The position numbers were made by a program, and so were the translations under genes. Shown here piece after piece: positions 18,055-19,625 of a stretch of DNA of 19,625 nucleotides. Numbering within the stretch: the stretch's first letter is position 1; each line of letters starts with the position of its first letter. Under the pieces are notes generated by a model that was not told where the DNA came from, made no database searches, and saw only the letters and a list, made by a program, of their open reading frames with translations. The DNA comes from a candidate division WOR-3 bacterium (GTDB lineage Bacteria > Hydrothermota > UBA3072 > B12-G15), in NCBI GenBank assembly GCA_965649055.1, contig CBFGJG010000039.1, positions 1-19,625 on the forward strand. The letters run 5' to 3'.

Positions 18055-19290
18055 TTAAAACTCCTGTTTCATTGCTCTTTGAACTTCTTCTTTACCAAGC
18101 CTTAATAATTTTTCAGGTGGTTCATCTGTCTTTAGTGCTGGTTCAAGTGCTATCTGTGAAAGTAATTTCCTACCTATGAACCATTGTGGTATTGTTGGTT
18201 CAAACACTGCGTAATCAAGCTGTTCCCAGACCAATCTTAAATCAGGCTCTTCCTTGAATGTCCTTTTCACTATCTCAGTTTCAAATGAAGATTTCCTTAC
18301 AGGAACATACCCTGTTGAGACTGCCCATCTTGCCTGTATTTCTGGTGATAAAAACCATTTTATGAATACCCATGCAGCATTTTTCTCTTTCTCTTTTGCA
18401 TTTGAAAATACCGCAATATTTGTTCCCATAATAAAAACAACCCTTTCTTTCCCTTTCGGCATAGGTGCAAGTCCTATCCTGAAATTTGGATTTGACCTTT
18501 TTAAATAAGAATAAGAAACAGATGAACCCATTATAAAACACGCCTTCCCTGATAAAAATAAATCCTGGTGTTCATAACCTGTTGTTGTCTTTGCAACCTT
18601 ATATTTAAAAATCATATCCTGTAAGTATTTTATAGCCTTAATCCCGGCTTCACTATCAAAAACAGGATTTAAATCTTCATCAAGTAATCTTCCACCAAAA
18701 GAATATAACAACTGTTCGAAAATCCCAACTGTTATTGCGAATGCTGTTGCAACAGTATCCTTTGAATTCAGGATTTTCATAACTTCCATCATTTCATCGT
18801 AAGTTTCCGGAAATCCTTTTATCCCCTTTTTTTCAAATATATCTTTATTGTAAAAATAAGCACTCACACTTTTATTAAAAGGTAATGTAACAAGGACTGA
18901 ATCGTGTGTATTATCATCTATAAATACCTTAAAAAAATCATCCAGTTCTTTCTTAAAAGAAGTATCTTTTTCAATAAAATTTTCTACAGGGTATATTGCC
19001 TTCGAATTATGAAGGCTCGTTGTCCAGGTTTCATAAACCTGTGCTATTGTCGGTGTCTTCTTTGAAAGTATTGATGCCATTATCTTCTGTGATAGAGCAT
19101 TGTAATTACCCATATTAACAGATACAACCTTTATTGTTTCATTCATTGAGTTAAACTCTTCTATCAACTTATCAAGAGTCCTGCCAAGCGGTCCACCCAT
19201 AGCATGCCAGAATGTAATCTTTACAACCTTCTCATCTGTACCTTTTGAGCAGGAAAGAAAAATAAAAAAAGCAAGCATTAAATATCTCAT
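18055..19290 (-). CDS. Carbohydrate/glycerol-3-phosphate-type ABC transporter solute-binding lipoprotein (UgpB-like)
   Basis: Lipobox MRYLMLAFFIFLSC; ITFWHAMGG, LPFNKS...YFYNKDIF, AAWVFIKW, WAVSTGYVPVRKS. Confidence 0.88.
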   Translation of the reverse strand: MRYLMLAFFIFLSCSKGTDEKVVKITFWHAMGGPLGRTLDKLIEEFNSMNETIKVVSVNMGNYNALSQKIMASILSKKTPTIAQVYETWTTSLHNSKAIYPVENFIEKDTSFKKELDDFFKVFIDDNTHDSVLVTLPFNKSVSAYFYNKDIFEKKGIKGFPETYDEMMEVMKILNSKDTVATAFAITVGIFEQLLYSFGGRLLDEDLNPVFDSEAGIKAIKYLQDMIFKYKVAKTTTGYEHQDLFLSGKACFIMGSSVSYSYLKRSNPNFRIGLAPMPKGKERVVFIMGTNIAVFSNAKEKEKNAAWVFIKWFLSPEIQARWAVSTGYVPVRKSSFETEIVKRTFKEEPDLRLVWEQLDYAVFEPTIPQWFIGRKLLSQIALEPALKTDEPPEKLLRLGKEEVQRAMKQEF

Positions 19291-19625
19291 TCTTTTATTC
19301 CGCTCCTCATATAAGATTCCATTATCCTTCTCTGGAAGAAGAAGAATATAATAATAACAGGTATAACAACTATTGTAGATGCTGCTGAAAGTAATGTATA
19401 ATTAGTGCTCTCTTCCTGCATAAAGTATGCAAGCCCTACCTGAACAGGCCTTAGCTTATCACTATTTGTCATAACCAAAGGCCATATAAAAGAATTCCAT
19501 GAAGAGAGTATATCAAATATAACTATTGTTATTATTGCTGGTTTTACAAGTGGTATTGCTATCTTCAATAAGAAACCAAAAACAGAACATCCATCGATTA
19601 TCGCTGCTTCAAGTAATGCCTTAGG
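19287..19625 (-). CDS. Carbohydrate ABC transporter permease (MalG/UgpE-like), 5'-truncated by window edge
   Basis: The frame is open to the window end: PKALLEAAIIDGCS (EAA motif), WNSFIWPL, FFFFQRRIMES; ATGA overlap with the solute-binding protein gene. Confidence 0.9.
   Translation of the reverse strand, partial: PKALLEAAIIDGCSVFGFLLKIAIPLVKPAIITIVIFDILSSWNSFIWPLVMTNSDKLRPVQVGLAYFMQEESTNYTLLSAASTIVVIPVIIIFFFFQRRIMESYMRSGIKE

Overview
AT-rich (about 30% GC by eye) chromosomal housekeeping region of a diderm bacterium (Lpt genes present); the lineage cannot be fixed from sequence alone. Nearly all genes are on the minus strand. Right to left: a 5'-truncated sugar ABC permease and its lipoprotein solute-binding protein; a multi-TM/GAF/MCP-like sensor; trpS; an NrdR-box-preceded class III ribonucleotide reductase locus; groES-groEL; an FmdB-type zinc-ribbon gene; and a tightly packed run lptC-lptA-like-lptB-rpoN-dapA-dapB-dapH-rnr-pilD-DUF4416 converging on the 3' end of a Wzc-type tyrosine kinase (+ strand). 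The main finding is a split class III RNR. The 703-aa NrdD ends without the essential glycyl-radical loop. That loop (YSRVVGYFRPVQNWNIGKKQEFKDR) lies in a separate 53-aa ORF (12555..12716, absent from the ORF track) with its own Shine-Dalgarno sequence, between nrdD and nrdG. Other points: two apparently leaderless sigma70 promoters, a non-CIRCE palindrome in the groESL promoter, a divergent sigma54 and an unusual chemoreceptor architecture. I saw no RNA genes, mobile elements or CRISPR arrays.
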